Shown here piece by piece: positions 37,121-46,578 of a stretch of DNA of 64,000 nucleotides. The notes beneath the pieces were generated by a model that was not told the origin of the DNA, ran no database searches, and saw only the letters and a program-made list of their open reading frames with translations. Location of the stretch: NCBI RefSeq assembly GCF_003334335.1, contig NZ_QOWQ01000013.1. One strand, 5' to 3'. Position numbers and translations under genes: made by a program. The DNA is from Escherichia coli (GTDB lineage: Bacteria; Pseudomonadota; Gammaproteobacteria; Enterobacterales; Enterobacteriaceae). Numbering within the stretch: the stretch's first letter is position 1; every line of letters begins with the position of its first letter.

Positions 37121-37324
37121 ATGTTTGGTAACTTAGGACAGGCAAAAAAATATCTCGGCCAGGCGGCGAAGATGTTGATTGGCATTCCAGACTACGACAA
37201 CTACGTCGAGCATATGAAGACCAACCATCCCGACAAGCCGTACATGAGCTATGAAGAATTCTTCCGCGAACGCCAGAACGCGCGCTACGGCGGCGATGGT
37301 AAAGGCGGTATGCGCTGTTGTTAA
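37121..37324 (+). CDS. yjiX: DUF466-family small protein YjiX
   Basis: 67 aa [58 protein letters not shown]. Confidence 0.8.
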
Positions 37325-37334
37325 TGGAGAGAGC

Positions 37335-38291
37335 ATGAACCCGATTGCAGTTACCCTACTCACCGGTTTTTTAGGCGCGGGCAAAACCACCCTGCTGCGC
37401 CATATTCTTAATGAACAGCACGGCTACAAAATTGCCGTGATTGAAAACGAATTCGGCGAAGTCTCCGTTGATGATCAACTGATTGGCGATCGCGCCACGC
37501 AGATCAAAACGCTGACCAACGGCTGCATCTGTTGTTCGCGCTCCAACGAGCTGGAGGACGCGCTACTCGACCTGCTGGATAATCTCGACAAGGGCAATAT
37601 TCAGTTCGACCGTCTGGTCATTGAATGCACAGGCATGGCCGATCCCGGCCCGATTATTCAGACCTTTTTCTCCCATGAGATTTTATGCCAGCGTTACCTG
37701 CTGGACGGCGTGATTGCGCTGGTGGATGCGGTACATGCCGATGAGCAGATGAACCAGTTCACCATCGCCCAGTCACAGGTTGGCTACGCCGACCGTATTC
37801 TGCTGACTAAAACCGACGTCGCAGGTGAAGCAGAAAAACTGCGCGAACGCCTGGCACGCATCAACGCCCGCGCACCGGTCTACACCGTCACCCACGGCGA
37901 CATCGACCTGGGCCTGCTGTTCAACACCAACGGTTTTATGCTGGAAGAAAACGTCATCAGCACCAAACCGCGTTTCCACTTTATCGCGGATAAACAAAAC
38001 GATATTTCGTCGATTGTGGTGGAACTGGATTACCCGGTAGATATCAGCGAAGTTTCCCGCGTGATGGAAAACCTGCTGCTGGAATCGGCAGATAAACTGC
38101 TGCGTTACAAAGGGATGCTGTGGATTGACGGCGAACCTAACCGCCTGCTGTTCCAGGGCGTCCAGCGCCTCTACAGCGCCGACTGGGACAGGCCGTGGGG
38201 CGATGAAAAACCGCATAGCACGATGGTGTTTATCGGGATTCAGCTGCCGGAGGAAGAGATTCGGGCTGCGTTTGCGGGGTTGAGGAAGTAA
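37335..38291 (+). CDS. yjiA: COG0523-family metal-chaperone GTPase
   Basis: 318 aa from MNPIAVTLLTGFLGAGKTTLL (P-loop); CxCC motif (GCICCS). Confidence 0.9.
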   Translation: MNPIAVTLLTGFLGAGKTTLLRHILNEQHGYKIAVIENEFGEVSVDDQLIGDRATQIKTLTNGCICCSRSNELEDALLDLLDNLDKGNIQFDRLVIECTGMADPGPIIQTFFSHEILCQRYLLDGVIALVDAVHADEQMNQFTIAQSQVGYADRILLTKTDVAGEAEKLRERLARINARAPVYTVTHGDIDLGLLFNTNGFMLEENVISTKPRFHFIADKQNDISSIVVELDYPVDISEVSRVMENLLLESADKLLRYKGMLWIDGEPNRLLFQGVQRLYSADWDRPWGDEKPHSTMVFIGIQLPEEEIRAAFAGLRK

Positions 38292-38301
38292 GGGGTTATG
38301 G

Positions 38302-38328
38302 GCCGGATAAGGCGCAGCCGCATCCGGC
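38302..38328. repeat. REP-like palindrome between convergent yjiA and mrr
   Basis: gccggataaggcgcagccgcatccggc. Confidence 0.6.
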
Positions 38329-38336
38329 CTGATATT

Positions 38337-39251
38337 TCACTCAAAATAGTCCATATCCAGTTTCGGCACCTTCAACAAACGTGAAGAAACCCCTACTTCG
38401 TTTTCGATCATTAAGTGCACCAGGCGTTCCCCATCAACCAACACCATACCCTCAACGGATTGGGCAAAGTCACGCGCCTGAGAAGTAAATCCAGAAGTGG
38501 TAATAAACACCCCACGTTTCGCTTTTTGCCCAGCCAGTGCGCCGTAAAATGCCTGTAATTCTGGCCTGCCTACAGTATTCTGCCAACGTTTTGCCTGAAC
38601 ATAAACTTTCTCCAGGCCAAGTTTATCAAGCGATATCACACCATCGATGCCACCATCTCCAGTACCGCCAACACGCTGCAAATCATCACGGTGGCCGCCA
38701 TACCCCAGGCGATGCAAAACATCCAGAACAATGACTTCAAAGCGCGAAGGAGAAACCTGCAATAAGTTTTCCAGAGCCTCATCAGCCACCGCATCACGAA
38801 GCTCTTTTAGCGCCTGATCTAACCGATCGTCCGGGCTGCTCTTTGCAAGTTCTTCATGATCGGGAGAGTCGGCTTTCGGATCTAAATCGACGGCATCCGG
38901 CCGTGACTTAAGTTTGACATTCACAAAATCGAAGGCCAGATGGTTCGTCTCCTGCTCCGTCATTGGCTGGGGATGAGACGCAACCCAGTCAAAACCCGCA
39001 GGAGTCAGGCACCATTTGCCACGCGACAAACTTTGCGACAACCCGGCACGTTTTAAACGGTCATGCGCCCAGCCTGCACGATTTTTATAAACAAGTTGTC
39101 CGCTGGTAATGACTTTCGCTCGCTGGCTGTCATCCAGTCCTAATGCATCCGCGGCAGCCTCATGAACATCACGCGCGGCTGCACCTTCCGGTTTTGTCGC
39201 CAGATAACGCAGAACAGGTTCAATAAATTTGTCATAGGTTGGAACCGTCAT
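38337..39251 (-). CDS. mrr: Type IV methylation-dependent restriction endonuclease Mrr
   Basis: 304 aa MTVPTYDKFIEPVLRYLATKPEGAAARDVHEAAADALGL; N-terminal winged helix plus C-terminal PD-(D/E)xK region. Confidence 0.9.
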   Translation of the reverse strand: MTVPTYDKFIEPVLRYLATKPEGAAARDVHEAAADALGLDDSQRAKVITSGQLVYKNRAGWAHDRLKRAGLSQSLSRGKWCLTPAGFDWVASHPQPMTEQETNHLAFDFVNVKLKSRPDAVDLDPKADSPDHEELAKSSPDDRLDQALKELRDAVADEALENLLQVSPSRFEVIVLDVLHRLGYGGHRDDLQRVGGTGDGGIDGVISLDKLGLEKVYVQAKRWQNTVGRPELQAFYGALAGQKAKRGVFITTSGFTSQARDFAQSVEGMVLVDGERLVHLMIENEVGVSSRLLKVPKLDMDYFE

Positions 39252-39438
39252 AGTACATCCTTGCAGAATCAGGTAGATGTTTTTCGGCTACTATAACACT
39301 ACCAAAATAGGCGAACACGTTAGAAATGAGTCAGTTGCTGTGACCGTGGTCATTGCCCGGAAAGGTACAGAAAGCTAAGATGAGATGTTATGGGCCTTAA
39401 ATATTTGGACAGGCCCGCACAGCAATGGATTAATAACA

Positions 39439-42400
39439 ATGATGAATAAATCCAATTTTGAATTCCTGAAGGGCGTCAACGACTTCACTTATGCCATCGC
39501 CTGTGCGGCGGAAAATAACTACCCGGATGATCCCAACACGACGCTGATTAAAATGCGTATGTTTGGCGAAGCCACAGCGAAACATCTTGGTCTGTTACTC
39601 AACATCCCCCCTTGTGAGAATCAACACGATCTCCTGCGCGAACTCGGCAAAATCGCCTTCGTTGATGACAACATCCTCTCTGTATTCCACAAATTACGCC
39701 GCATTGGTAACCAGGCGGTGCACGAATATCATAACGATCTCGACGATGCCCAGATGTGTCTGCGGCTCGGGTTCCGCCTGGCTGTCTGGTACTACCGTCT
39801 GGTCACCAAAGATTATGACTTCCCGGTGCCGGTGTTTGTGTTGCCGGAACGTGGCAAAAACCTCTATTACCAGGAAGTGCTGACGCTAAAACAACAGCTT
39901 GAACAGCAGGCGCGAGAAAAAGCGCAGACTCAGGCAGAAGTCGAAGCGCAACAGCAGAAGCTGGTTGCCCTGAACGGCTATATCGCCATTCTGGAAGGCA
40001 AACAGCAGGAAACAGAAGCGCAAACCCAGGCTCGCCTTGCGGCGCTGGAAGCACAGCTTGCCGAGAAGAACGCGGAACTGGCAAAACAGACCGAACAGGA
40101 ACGTAAGGCTTACCACAAAGAAATTACCGATCAGGCCATCAAGCGCACACTCAACCTTAGCGAAGAAGAGAGTCGCTTCCTGATTGACGCGCAACTGCGT
40201 AAAGCAGGCTGGCAGGCCGATAGCAAAACCCTGCGCTTCTCCAAAGGCGCGCGCCCGGAACCCGGCGTCAATAAAGCCATTGCCGAATGGCCGACCGGGA
40301 AAGATGAAACGGGTAATCAGGGCTTTGCGGATTATGTGCTGTTTGTCGGCCTCAAGCCCATCGCGGTGGTAGAGGCGAAACGTAAAAATATCGACGTTCC
40401 CGGCAAGCTCAATGAGTCGTATCGCTACAGCAAATGCTTCGATAATGGCTTCCTGCGGGAAACCTTGCTTGAGCATTACTCGCCGGATGAAGTGCATGAA
40501 GCGGTGCCGGAGTATGAAACCAGCTGGCAGGACACCAGCGGCCAACAACGGTTTAAAATCCCCTTCTGCTACTCGACCAACGGGCGCGAATACCGCGCAG
40601 CAATGAAAACTAAAAGCGGCATCTGGTATCGCGACGTGCGTGATACCCGTAATATGTCGAAAGCCTTACCCGAGTGGCATCGCCCGGAAGAGCTGCTGGA
40701 AATGCTCGGCAGTGAACCGCAAAAACAGAATCAGTGGTTTGCCGATAACCCTGGCATGAGCGAGCTGGGCCTGCGTTATTATCAGGAAGATGCCGTCCGC
40801 GCGGTTGAAAAGGCAATCGTCAAGGGTCAACAAGAGATCCTGCTGGCGATGGCGACCGGTACCGGTAAAACCCGTACGGCAATCGCCATGATGTTCCGCC
40901 TGATCCAGTCCCAGCGTTTTAAACGCATTCTCTTCCTTGTCGACCGCCGTTCTCTTGGCGAGCAGGCGCTGGGGGCGTTTGAAGATACGCGTATTAACGG
41001 CGACACTTTCAACAGCATTTTCGACATTAAAGGGCTGACGGATAAATTCCCCGAAGACAGCACCAAAATTCACGTTGCCACCGTACAGTCGCTGGTGAAA
41101 CGCACCCTGCAATCAGATGAACCGATGCCGGTGGCCCGTTACGACTGTATCGTCGTCGATGAAGCGCATCGCGGCTATATTCTCGATAAAGAGCAGACCG
41201 AAGGCGAACTGCAGTTTCGCAGCCAGCTGGATTATGTCTCTGCCTACCGTCGCATTCTCGATCACTTCGATGCGGTAAAAATCGCCCTCACCGCCACCCC
41301 GGCGCTGCATACTGTGCAGATTTTCGGCGAGCCGGTTTACCGTTATACCTACCGTACCGCGGTTATCGACGGTTTTCTGATCGACCAGGATCCGCCTATT
41401 CAGATCATCACCCGCAACGCGCAGGAGGGGGTTTATCTCTCCAAAGGCGAGCAGGTAGAGCGCATCAGCCCGCAGGGAGAAGTGATCAACGACACCCTGG
41501 AAGACGATCAGGATTTTGAGGTCGCCGACTTTAACCGTGGCCTGGTGATCCCGGCGTTTAACCGCGCCGTCTGTAACGAACTCACCAATTATCTTGACCC
41601 GACCGGGTCACAAAAAACGCTGGTCTTCTGCGTCACTAATGCCCATGCCGATATGGTGGTGGAAGAGCTGCGTGCCGCGTTCAAGAAAAAGTATCCGCAA
41701 CTGGAGCACGACGCGATCATCAAGATCACCGGTGATGCCGATAAAGACGCGCGCAAAGTGCAGACCATGATCACCCGCTTCAATAAAGAGCGGTTGCCCA
41801 ATATCGTGGTGACCGTCGACCTGCTGACGACCGGCGTCGATATTCCGTCGATCTGTAATATCGTGTTCCTGCGTAAAGTACGCAGCCGCATTCTGTACGA
41901 ACAGATGAAAGGCCGCGCCACGCGCTTATGCCCGGAGGTGAATAAAACTAGCTTTAAGATTTTTGACTGTGTCGATATCTACAGCACGCTGGAGAGCGTC
42001 GACACCATGCGTCCGGTGGTGGTGCGCCCGAAGGTGGAACTGCAAACGCTGGTCAACGAAATTACCGATTCAGAAACCTATAAAATCACCGAAGCGGATG
42101 GCCGCAGTTTTGCCGAGCACAGCCATGAACAACTGGTGGCGAAGCTCCAGCGCATCATCGGCCTGGCCACGTTTAACCGTGACCGCAGCGAAACGATAGA
42201 TAAACAGGTGCGTCGTCTGGATGAGCTATGCCAGGACGCGGCGGGGGTGAACTTTAACGGCTTCGCCTCGCGTCTGCGGGAAAAAGGACCGCACTGGAGC
42301 GCCGAAGTCTTTAACAAACTGCCTGGCTTTATCGCCCGTCTGGAAAAGCTGAAAACCGATATCAACAATCTGAATGATGCGCCGATCTTCCTCGATATCG

Positions 42401-42951
42401 ACGATGAAGTGGTGAGTGTAAAATCGCTGTACGGTGATTACGACACACCGCAGGATTTCCTCGAAGCCTTTGACTCGCTGGTGCAACGTTCCCCGAACGC
42501 GCAACCGGCATTGCAGGCGGTGATCAATCGCCCGCGCGATCTCACCCGTAAAGGGCTGGTCGAGCTACAGGAGTGGTTTGACCGCCAGCACTTTGAGGAA
42601 TCTTCCCTGCGCAAAGCATGGAAAGAGACGCGCAATGAAGATATCGCCGCCCGGCTGATTGGTCATATTCGCCGCGCTGCGGTGGGCGATGCGCTGAAAC
42701 CGTTTGAGGAACGTGTCGATCACGCGCTGACGCGTATCAAGGGCGAAAACGACTGGAGCAGCGAGCAATTAAGCTGGCTCGATCGTTTAGCGCAGGCGCT
42801 GAAAGAGAAAGTGGTGCTCGACGACGATGTCTTCAAAACCGGCAACTTCCACCGTCGCGGCGGGAAGGCGATGCTGCAAAGAACCTTTGACGATAATCTC
42901 GATACCCTGCTGGGCAAATTCAGCGATTACATCTGGGACGAGCTCGCCTGA
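39439..42951 (+). CDS. hsdR: Type I restriction enzyme R subunit (EcoKI-like, family IA)
   Basis: 1170 aa from MMNKSNFEFLKGVNDFTYAIACAAENNYPDD; DEAD-box motifs (AMATGTGKT, VVDEAH). Confidence 0.95.
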   Translation: MMNKSNFEFLKGVNDFTYAIACAAENNYPDDPNTTLIKMRMFGEATAKHLGLLLNIPPCENQHDLLRELGKIAFVDDNILSVFHKLRRIGNQAVHEYHNDLDDAQMCLRLGFRLAVWYYRLVTKDYDFPVPVFVLPERGKNLYYQEVLTLKQQLEQQAREKAQTQAEVEAQQQKLVALNGYIAILEGKQQETEAQTQARLAALEAQLAEKNAELAKQTEQERKAYHKEITDQAIKRTLNLSEEESRFLIDAQLRKAGWQADSKTLRFSKGARPEPGVNKAIAEWPTGKDETGNQGFADYVLFVGLKPIAVVEAKRKNIDVPGKLNESYRYSKCFDNGFLRETLLEHYSPDEVHEAVPEYETSWQDTSGQQRFKIPFCYSTNGREYRAAMKTKSGIWYRDVRDTRNMSKALPEWHRPEELLEMLGSEPQKQNQWFADNPGMSELGLRYYQEDAVRAVEKAIVKGQQEILLAMATGTGKTRTAIAMMFRLIQSQRFKRILFLVDRRSLGEQALGAFEDTRINGDTFNSIFDIKGLTDKFPEDSTKIHVATVQSLVKRTLQSDEPMPVARYDCIVVDEAHRGYILDKEQTEGELQFRSQLDYVSAYRRILDHFDAVKIALTATPALHTVQIFGEPVYRYTYRTAVIDGFLIDQDPPIQIITRNAQEGVYLSKGEQVERISPQGEVINDTLEDDQDFEVADFNRGLVIPAFNRAVCNELTNYLDPTGSQKTLVFCVTNAHADMVVEELRAAFKKKYPQLEHDAIIKITGDADKDARKVQTMITRFNKERLPNIVVTVDLLTTGVDIPSICNIVFLRKVRSRILYEQMKGRATRLCPEVNKTSFKIFDCVDIYSTLESVDTMRPVVVRPKVELQTLVNEITDSETYKITEADGRSFAEHSHEQLVAKLQRIIGLATFNRDRSETIDKQVRRLDELCQDAAGVNFNGFASRLREKGPHWSAEVFNKLPGFIARLEKLKTDINNLNDAPIFLDIDDEVVSVKSLYGDYDTPQDFLEAFDSLVQRSPNAQPALQAVINRPRDLTRKGLVELQEWFDRQHFEESSLRKAWKETRNEDIAARLIGHIRRAAVGDALKPFEERVDHALTRIKGENDWSSEQLSWLDRLAQALKEKVVLDDDVFKTGNFHRRGGKAMLQRTFDDNLDTLLGKFSDYIWDELA

Positions 42952-43027
42952 CACGGTATCATTCCCGGCAATTTCTTCTTCTGCGGCCCCGAACATGCGG
43001 GCCGCTGCTTAATTTACGGAACTCACA

Positions 43028-44617
43028 ATGAACAATAACGATCTGGTCGCGAAGCTGTGGAAGCTGTGCGACAACCTGCGCGATGGCGGCGTTTCCTATC
43101 AAAACTATGTCAATGAACTCGCCTCGCTGCTGTTTTTGAAAATGTGTAAAGAGACCGGGCAGGAAGCGGAATACCTGCCGGAAGGCTACCGCTGGGATGA
43201 CCTGAAATCCCGCATCGGCCAGGAGCAGTTGCAGTTCTACCGTAACCTGCTGGTACATCTGGGCGCCGACAATCAAAAGCTGGTGCAGGCGGTGTTCCAG
43301 AACGTCAACACCACCATTACCCAGCCAAAACAGTTGACCGAACTGGTCAGCAATATGGATTCACTGGACTGGTACAACGGTGCGCACGGTAAGTCGCGCG
43401 ATGACTTCGGCGATATGTACGAAGGGTTGTTGCAGAAGAACGCGAACGAAACCAAGTCTGGCGCGGGCCAGTACTTCACCCCGCGTCCGCTGATTAAAAC
43501 CATTATTCATCTGCTGAAACCGCAGCCGCGTGAAGTAGTGCAGGACCCGGCAGCAGGTACAGCGGGCTTTTTGATTGAAGCCGACCGCTACGTTAAGTCG
43601 CAAACCAATGATCTGGACGACCTTGATGGCGACACGCAGGATTTCCAGATCCACCGCGCGTTTATCGGCCTCGAACTGGTGCCTGGCACCCGTCGTCTGG
43701 CGCTGATGAACTGCCTGCTGCACGATATTGAAGGCAACCTCGACCACGGCGGCGCAATCCGTCTGGGCAACACCCTGGGTAGCGATGGTGAAAACCTGCC
43801 AAAGGCGCATATTGTCGCCACTAACCCGCCGTTTGGCAGCGCCGCAGGCACCAACATTACCCGCACCTTTGTCCACCCGACCAGCAACAAACAGTTGTGC
43901 TTTATGCAGCATATTATCGAAACGCTGCATCCCGGCGGTCGTGCGGCGGTGGTGGTGCCGGATAACGTGCTGTTTGAAGGCGGCAAAGGCACCGACATCC
44001 GTCGTGACCTGATGGATAAGTGTCATCTGCACACCATTCTGCGTCTGCCGACCGGTATTTTTTACGCGCAGGGCGTGAAAACCAACGTGCTGTTCTTTAC
44101 CAAAGGGACGGTGGCAAATCCGCATCAGGATAAGAACTGTACTGATGACGTGTGGGTGTATGACCTGCGGACCAATATGCCGAGCTTCGGCAAGCGCACG
44201 CCGTTTACCGACGAGCATTTGCAGCCGTTTGAGCGCGTATATGGCGAAAACCCGCACGGCTTAAGCCCGCGCACGGAAGGGGAATGGAGTTTTAACGCCG
44301 AAGAGACGGAAGTTGCCGACAGCGAAGAGAACAAAAATACCGATCAGCATCTGGCTACCAGCCGCTGGCGCAAGTTCAGCCGCGAGTGGATCCGCACCGC
44401 GAAATCCGATTCGCTGGATATCTCCTGGTTAAAAGATAAAGACAGTATTGATGCTGACAGCCTGCCGGAGCCGGATGTATTAACGGCAGAAGCGATGGGC
44501 GAGCTGGTACAGGCATTGGGTGAACTGGATGCGCTGATGCGTGAACTGGGGGCGAGCGATGAGGCGGATGCGCAGCGTCAATTGCTGGAAGAAGCGTTTG
44601 GTGGGGTGAAGGAATGA
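43028..44617 (+). CDS. hsdM: Type I restriction-modification N6-adenine methyltransferase M subunit (EcoKI-like)
   Basis: 529 aa MNNNDLVAKLWKLCDNLRDGGVSYQNYVNELASLLFLKMC; NPPF catalytic motif (VATNPPFG). Confidence 0.95.
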   Translation: MNNNDLVAKLWKLCDNLRDGGVSYQNYVNELASLLFLKMCKETGQEAEYLPEGYRWDDLKSRIGQEQLQFYRNLLVHLGADNQKLVQAVFQNVNTTITQPKQLTELVSNMDSLDWYNGAHGKSRDDFGDMYEGLLQKNANETKSGAGQYFTPRPLIKTIIHLLKPQPREVVQDPAAGTAGFLIEADRYVKSQTNDLDDLDGDTQDFQIHRAFIGLELVPGTRRLALMNCLLHDIEGNLDHGGAIRLGNTLGSDGENLPKAHIVATNPPFGSAAGTNITRTFVHPTSNKQLCFMQHIIETLHPGGRAAVVVPDNVLFEGGKGTDIRRDLMDKCHLHTILRLPTGIFYAQGVKTNVLFFTKGTVANPHQDKNCTDDVWVYDLRTNMPSFGKRTPFTDEHLQPFERVYGENPHGLSPRTEGEWSFNAEETEVADSEENKNTDQHLATSRWRKFSREWIRTAKSDSLDISWLKDKDSIDADSLPEPDVLTAEAMGELVQALGELDALMRELGASDEADAQRQLLEEAFGGVKE

Positions 44618-45963
44618 GTGCGGGGAAATTGCCGGAGGGGTGGGTTGAAACCTACCTTTCTGAAATATGTAGTAAACCACAATATGGTTATACAACTAAG
44701 TCGAGCTTTACAGGTAATGTAAAATTTTTAAGAACTACAGATATTACTAAAGGTACTGTGGATTGGTCCACTGTACCTTATTGTTTGCAAAATCCTGATG
44801 ATATACTTAAATATCAGCTTCAAGATCGAGATATTGTTATATCCCGGGCTGGTTCCGTAGGTTTTAGTTTTTTAGTAAAAAACCCACCGAATAATGCTGT
44901 CTTTGCTTCGTACCTGATCAGATTCAAACCTTTTGATAATATTTCAGAGCTTTACTTGAAGCGTTTTTTAGAGTCCGGCAACTATTGGGTTCAGCTTGCC
45001 TCTATGTCGGCTGGAAATGCATTACAAAATGTAAATGCTCAAAAATTATCCACGCTTATAGTACCAATTCCTCCACTTGCCGAACAAAAAATCATCGCTG
45101 AAAAACTCGATACGCTGCTGGCGCAGGTAGAGAGCACCAAAGCACGTCTTGAGCAAATCCCACAAATCCTGAAACGTTTTCGTCAGGCGGTGCTATCTAG
45201 TGCTGTTAGCGGTAAGTTAATTGACAAAAGCTTCGAAAATAAATTAGAAAAGCTCAATTCGTTTGTATCTATAGATATTGGTAATGCGTTCAAAAGCTCA
45301 GAGTTTAGTGATGAAGGCGTTCCATTACTCCGAGGACAAAATATAGAACCCGGAGCATTACGTTGGGATGACACAAAAAAATTCCCAATAGATAAACTTC
45401 AAAAATATTCTCATTTATTTATTAATGAGGGCGATATTATATTAGCAATGGATCGCCCAATAATATCAAGCGGGTTAAAAATAGCTAAAGCCAAAAAAAG
45501 TGATCTTCCTTGCGTTCTGGTTCAACGAGTTGCCAGATTTAAAGATTTCGAAAATCTAATTCCTGACTATCTGTATTTGTTATTGAATGATGTGTCTTTT
45601 ATTAATTATATTCAACCAAATCAGACTGGTAGCGACATTCCGCATATCAGTGGAAAACAAATTTTAAACTTTGAGTGTAATGTCCCCTCTATCCCCGAAC
45701 AACGCGAAATCGTTCGCCGCGTCGAGCAACTCTTCGCCTACGCCGACACTATAGAAAAACAGGTTAACAACGCCTTAGCCCGCGTCAACAACCTGACGCA
45801 ATCCATCCTGGCAAAAGCGTTCCGTGGTGAGCTCACCGCCCAGTGGCGGGCCGAAAACCCGGAATTAATCAGCGGAGAAAACAGCGCCGCCGCGTTGCTG
45901 GAGAAAATCAAAGCTGAATGCGCAGCCAGCGGGGGTAAAAAAGCCTCGAGTAAAAAATCCTGA
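44614..45963 (+). CDS. hsdS: Type I R-M specificity subunit with EcoKI-type conserved framework but divergent target recognition domains
   Basis: 449 aa; conserved N-terminus (MSAGKLPEGWV), central (PIPPLAEQKIIAEKLDTLLAQV) and C-terminal (EIVRRVEQLFAYADTIEKQVNNALARV...) regions as in EcoKI HsdS from memory; the two intervening TRDs are AT-rich and different. ATGA start/stop overlap with hsdM. Confidence 0.9.
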   Translation: MSAGKLPEGWVETYLSEICSKPQYGYTTKSSFTGNVKFLRTTDITKGTVDWSTVPYCLQNPDDILKYQLQDRDIVISRAGSVGFSFLVKNPPNNAVFASYLIRFKPFDNISELYLKRFLESGNYWVQLASMSAGNALQNVNAQKLSTLIVPIPPLAEQKIIAEKLDTLLAQVESTKARLEQIPQILKRFRQAVLSSAVSGKLIDKSFENKLEKLNSFVSIDIGNAFKSSEFSDEGVPLLRGQNIEPGALRWDDTKKFPIDKLQKYSHLFINEGDIILAMDRPIISSGLKIAKAKKSDLPCVLVQRVARFKDFENLIPDYLYLLLNDVSFINYIQPNQTGSDIPHISGKQILNFECNVPSIPEQREIVRRVEQLFAYADTIEKQVNNALARVNNLTQSILAKAFRGELTAQWRAENPELISGENSAAALLEKIKAECAASGGKKASSKKS

Positions 45964-45975
45964 TCATTATTTTCT

Positions 45976-46003
45976 GGCGCACCTTTCCGGTGCGCTTTTT
46001 ATT
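45976..46003 (+). terminator. Rho-independent terminator after hsdS
   Basis: ggcgcacc-tttcc-ggtgcgc hairpin followed by tttttatt. Confidence 0.7.
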
Positions 46004-46097
46004 ATTTTACACCAATCATAACCCACACAAATATATTTAAATCATTCCAGAAATTGCCTATTTTATTCTATTTTTAGCTGGACTTTCCCTGTATTTA

Positions 46098-46113
46098 CTG
46101 ATGATATATCCAG
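46098..46113. promoter_or_regulatory. LexA (SOS) box upstream of symE
   Basis: CTGATGATATATCCAG fits CTG-N10-CAG with AT-rich centre (consensus CTGTATATATATACAG), about 80 bp upstream of the symE ATG. Confidence 0.65.
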
Positions 46114-46139
46114 GTATTTAGCGCGGTGCGGATGTGCGC

Positions 46140-46220
46140 CAACACACCCGCACCGCTAATCACAATCACTATTTATAGGGAATAGCAGTTATGACTGACA
46201 CGCATTCTATTGCACAACCG
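46140..46220 (-). ncRNA. symR: Probable SymR antisense sRNA (type I antitoxin) overlapping the symE 5' end
   Basis: Placement from the known K-12 arrangement, where SymR is encoded antisense across the symE ribosome-binding site and start codon; boundaries not determinable from sequence alone. Confidence 0.35.
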
Positions 46221-46532
46221 TTCGAAGCAGAAGTCTCCCCGGCAAATAACCGTCAATTAACCGTGAGTTATGCGAGTCGCTACCCGGATTACAGCCGTAT
46301 TCCCGCCATCACCCTGAAAGGTCAGTGGCTGGAAACCGCCGGTTTTGCTACCGGCACGGCGGTAGATGTCAAAGTGATGGAAGGCTGTATTGTCCTCACC
46401 GCCCAACCACCTGCCGCCGAAGAGAGCGAACTGATGCAGTCACTGCGCCAGGTGTGCAAACTGTCGGCGCGTAAACAAAAGCAGGTGCAGGAATTTATTG
46501 AGGTGATTGCCGGTAAACGAAAAGTCGCCTGA
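46191..46532 (+). CDS. symE: SOS-induced toxin SymE (AbrB/MazE-fold endoribonuclease-like)
   Basis: 113 aa [48 protein letters not shown]. Confidence 0.9.
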   Translation: MTDTHSIAQPFEAEVSPANNRQLTVSYASRYPDYSRIPAITLKGQWLETAGFATGTAVDVKVMEGCIVLTAQPPAAEESELMQSLRQVCKLSARKQKQVQEFIEVIAGKRKVA

Positions 46533-46540
46533 TACATTGA

Positions 46541-46570
46541 CCCGGTAGCGCCAGTGCTACCGGGTATTAT
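46541..46570. terminator. Bidirectional terminator between convergent symE and the GmrSD-like gene
   Basis: cccggtagc-gccagt-gctaccggg hairpin followed by tattatt. Confidence 0.6.
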
Positions 46571-46578
46571 TCGCCACG

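Noticed and set aside
37251-37334. N-terminal extension of yjiA proposed by the ORF track (start 37251, overlapping yjiX)
   Set aside because: The extension overlaps the yjiX coding sequence in another frame; the P-loop-proximal Met at 37335 directly after the yjiX stop gives the expected 318-aa product.
43361-44257. 298-aa minus-strand ORF inside hsdM
   Set aside because: Antisense to the conserved hsdM frame; no family resemblance.
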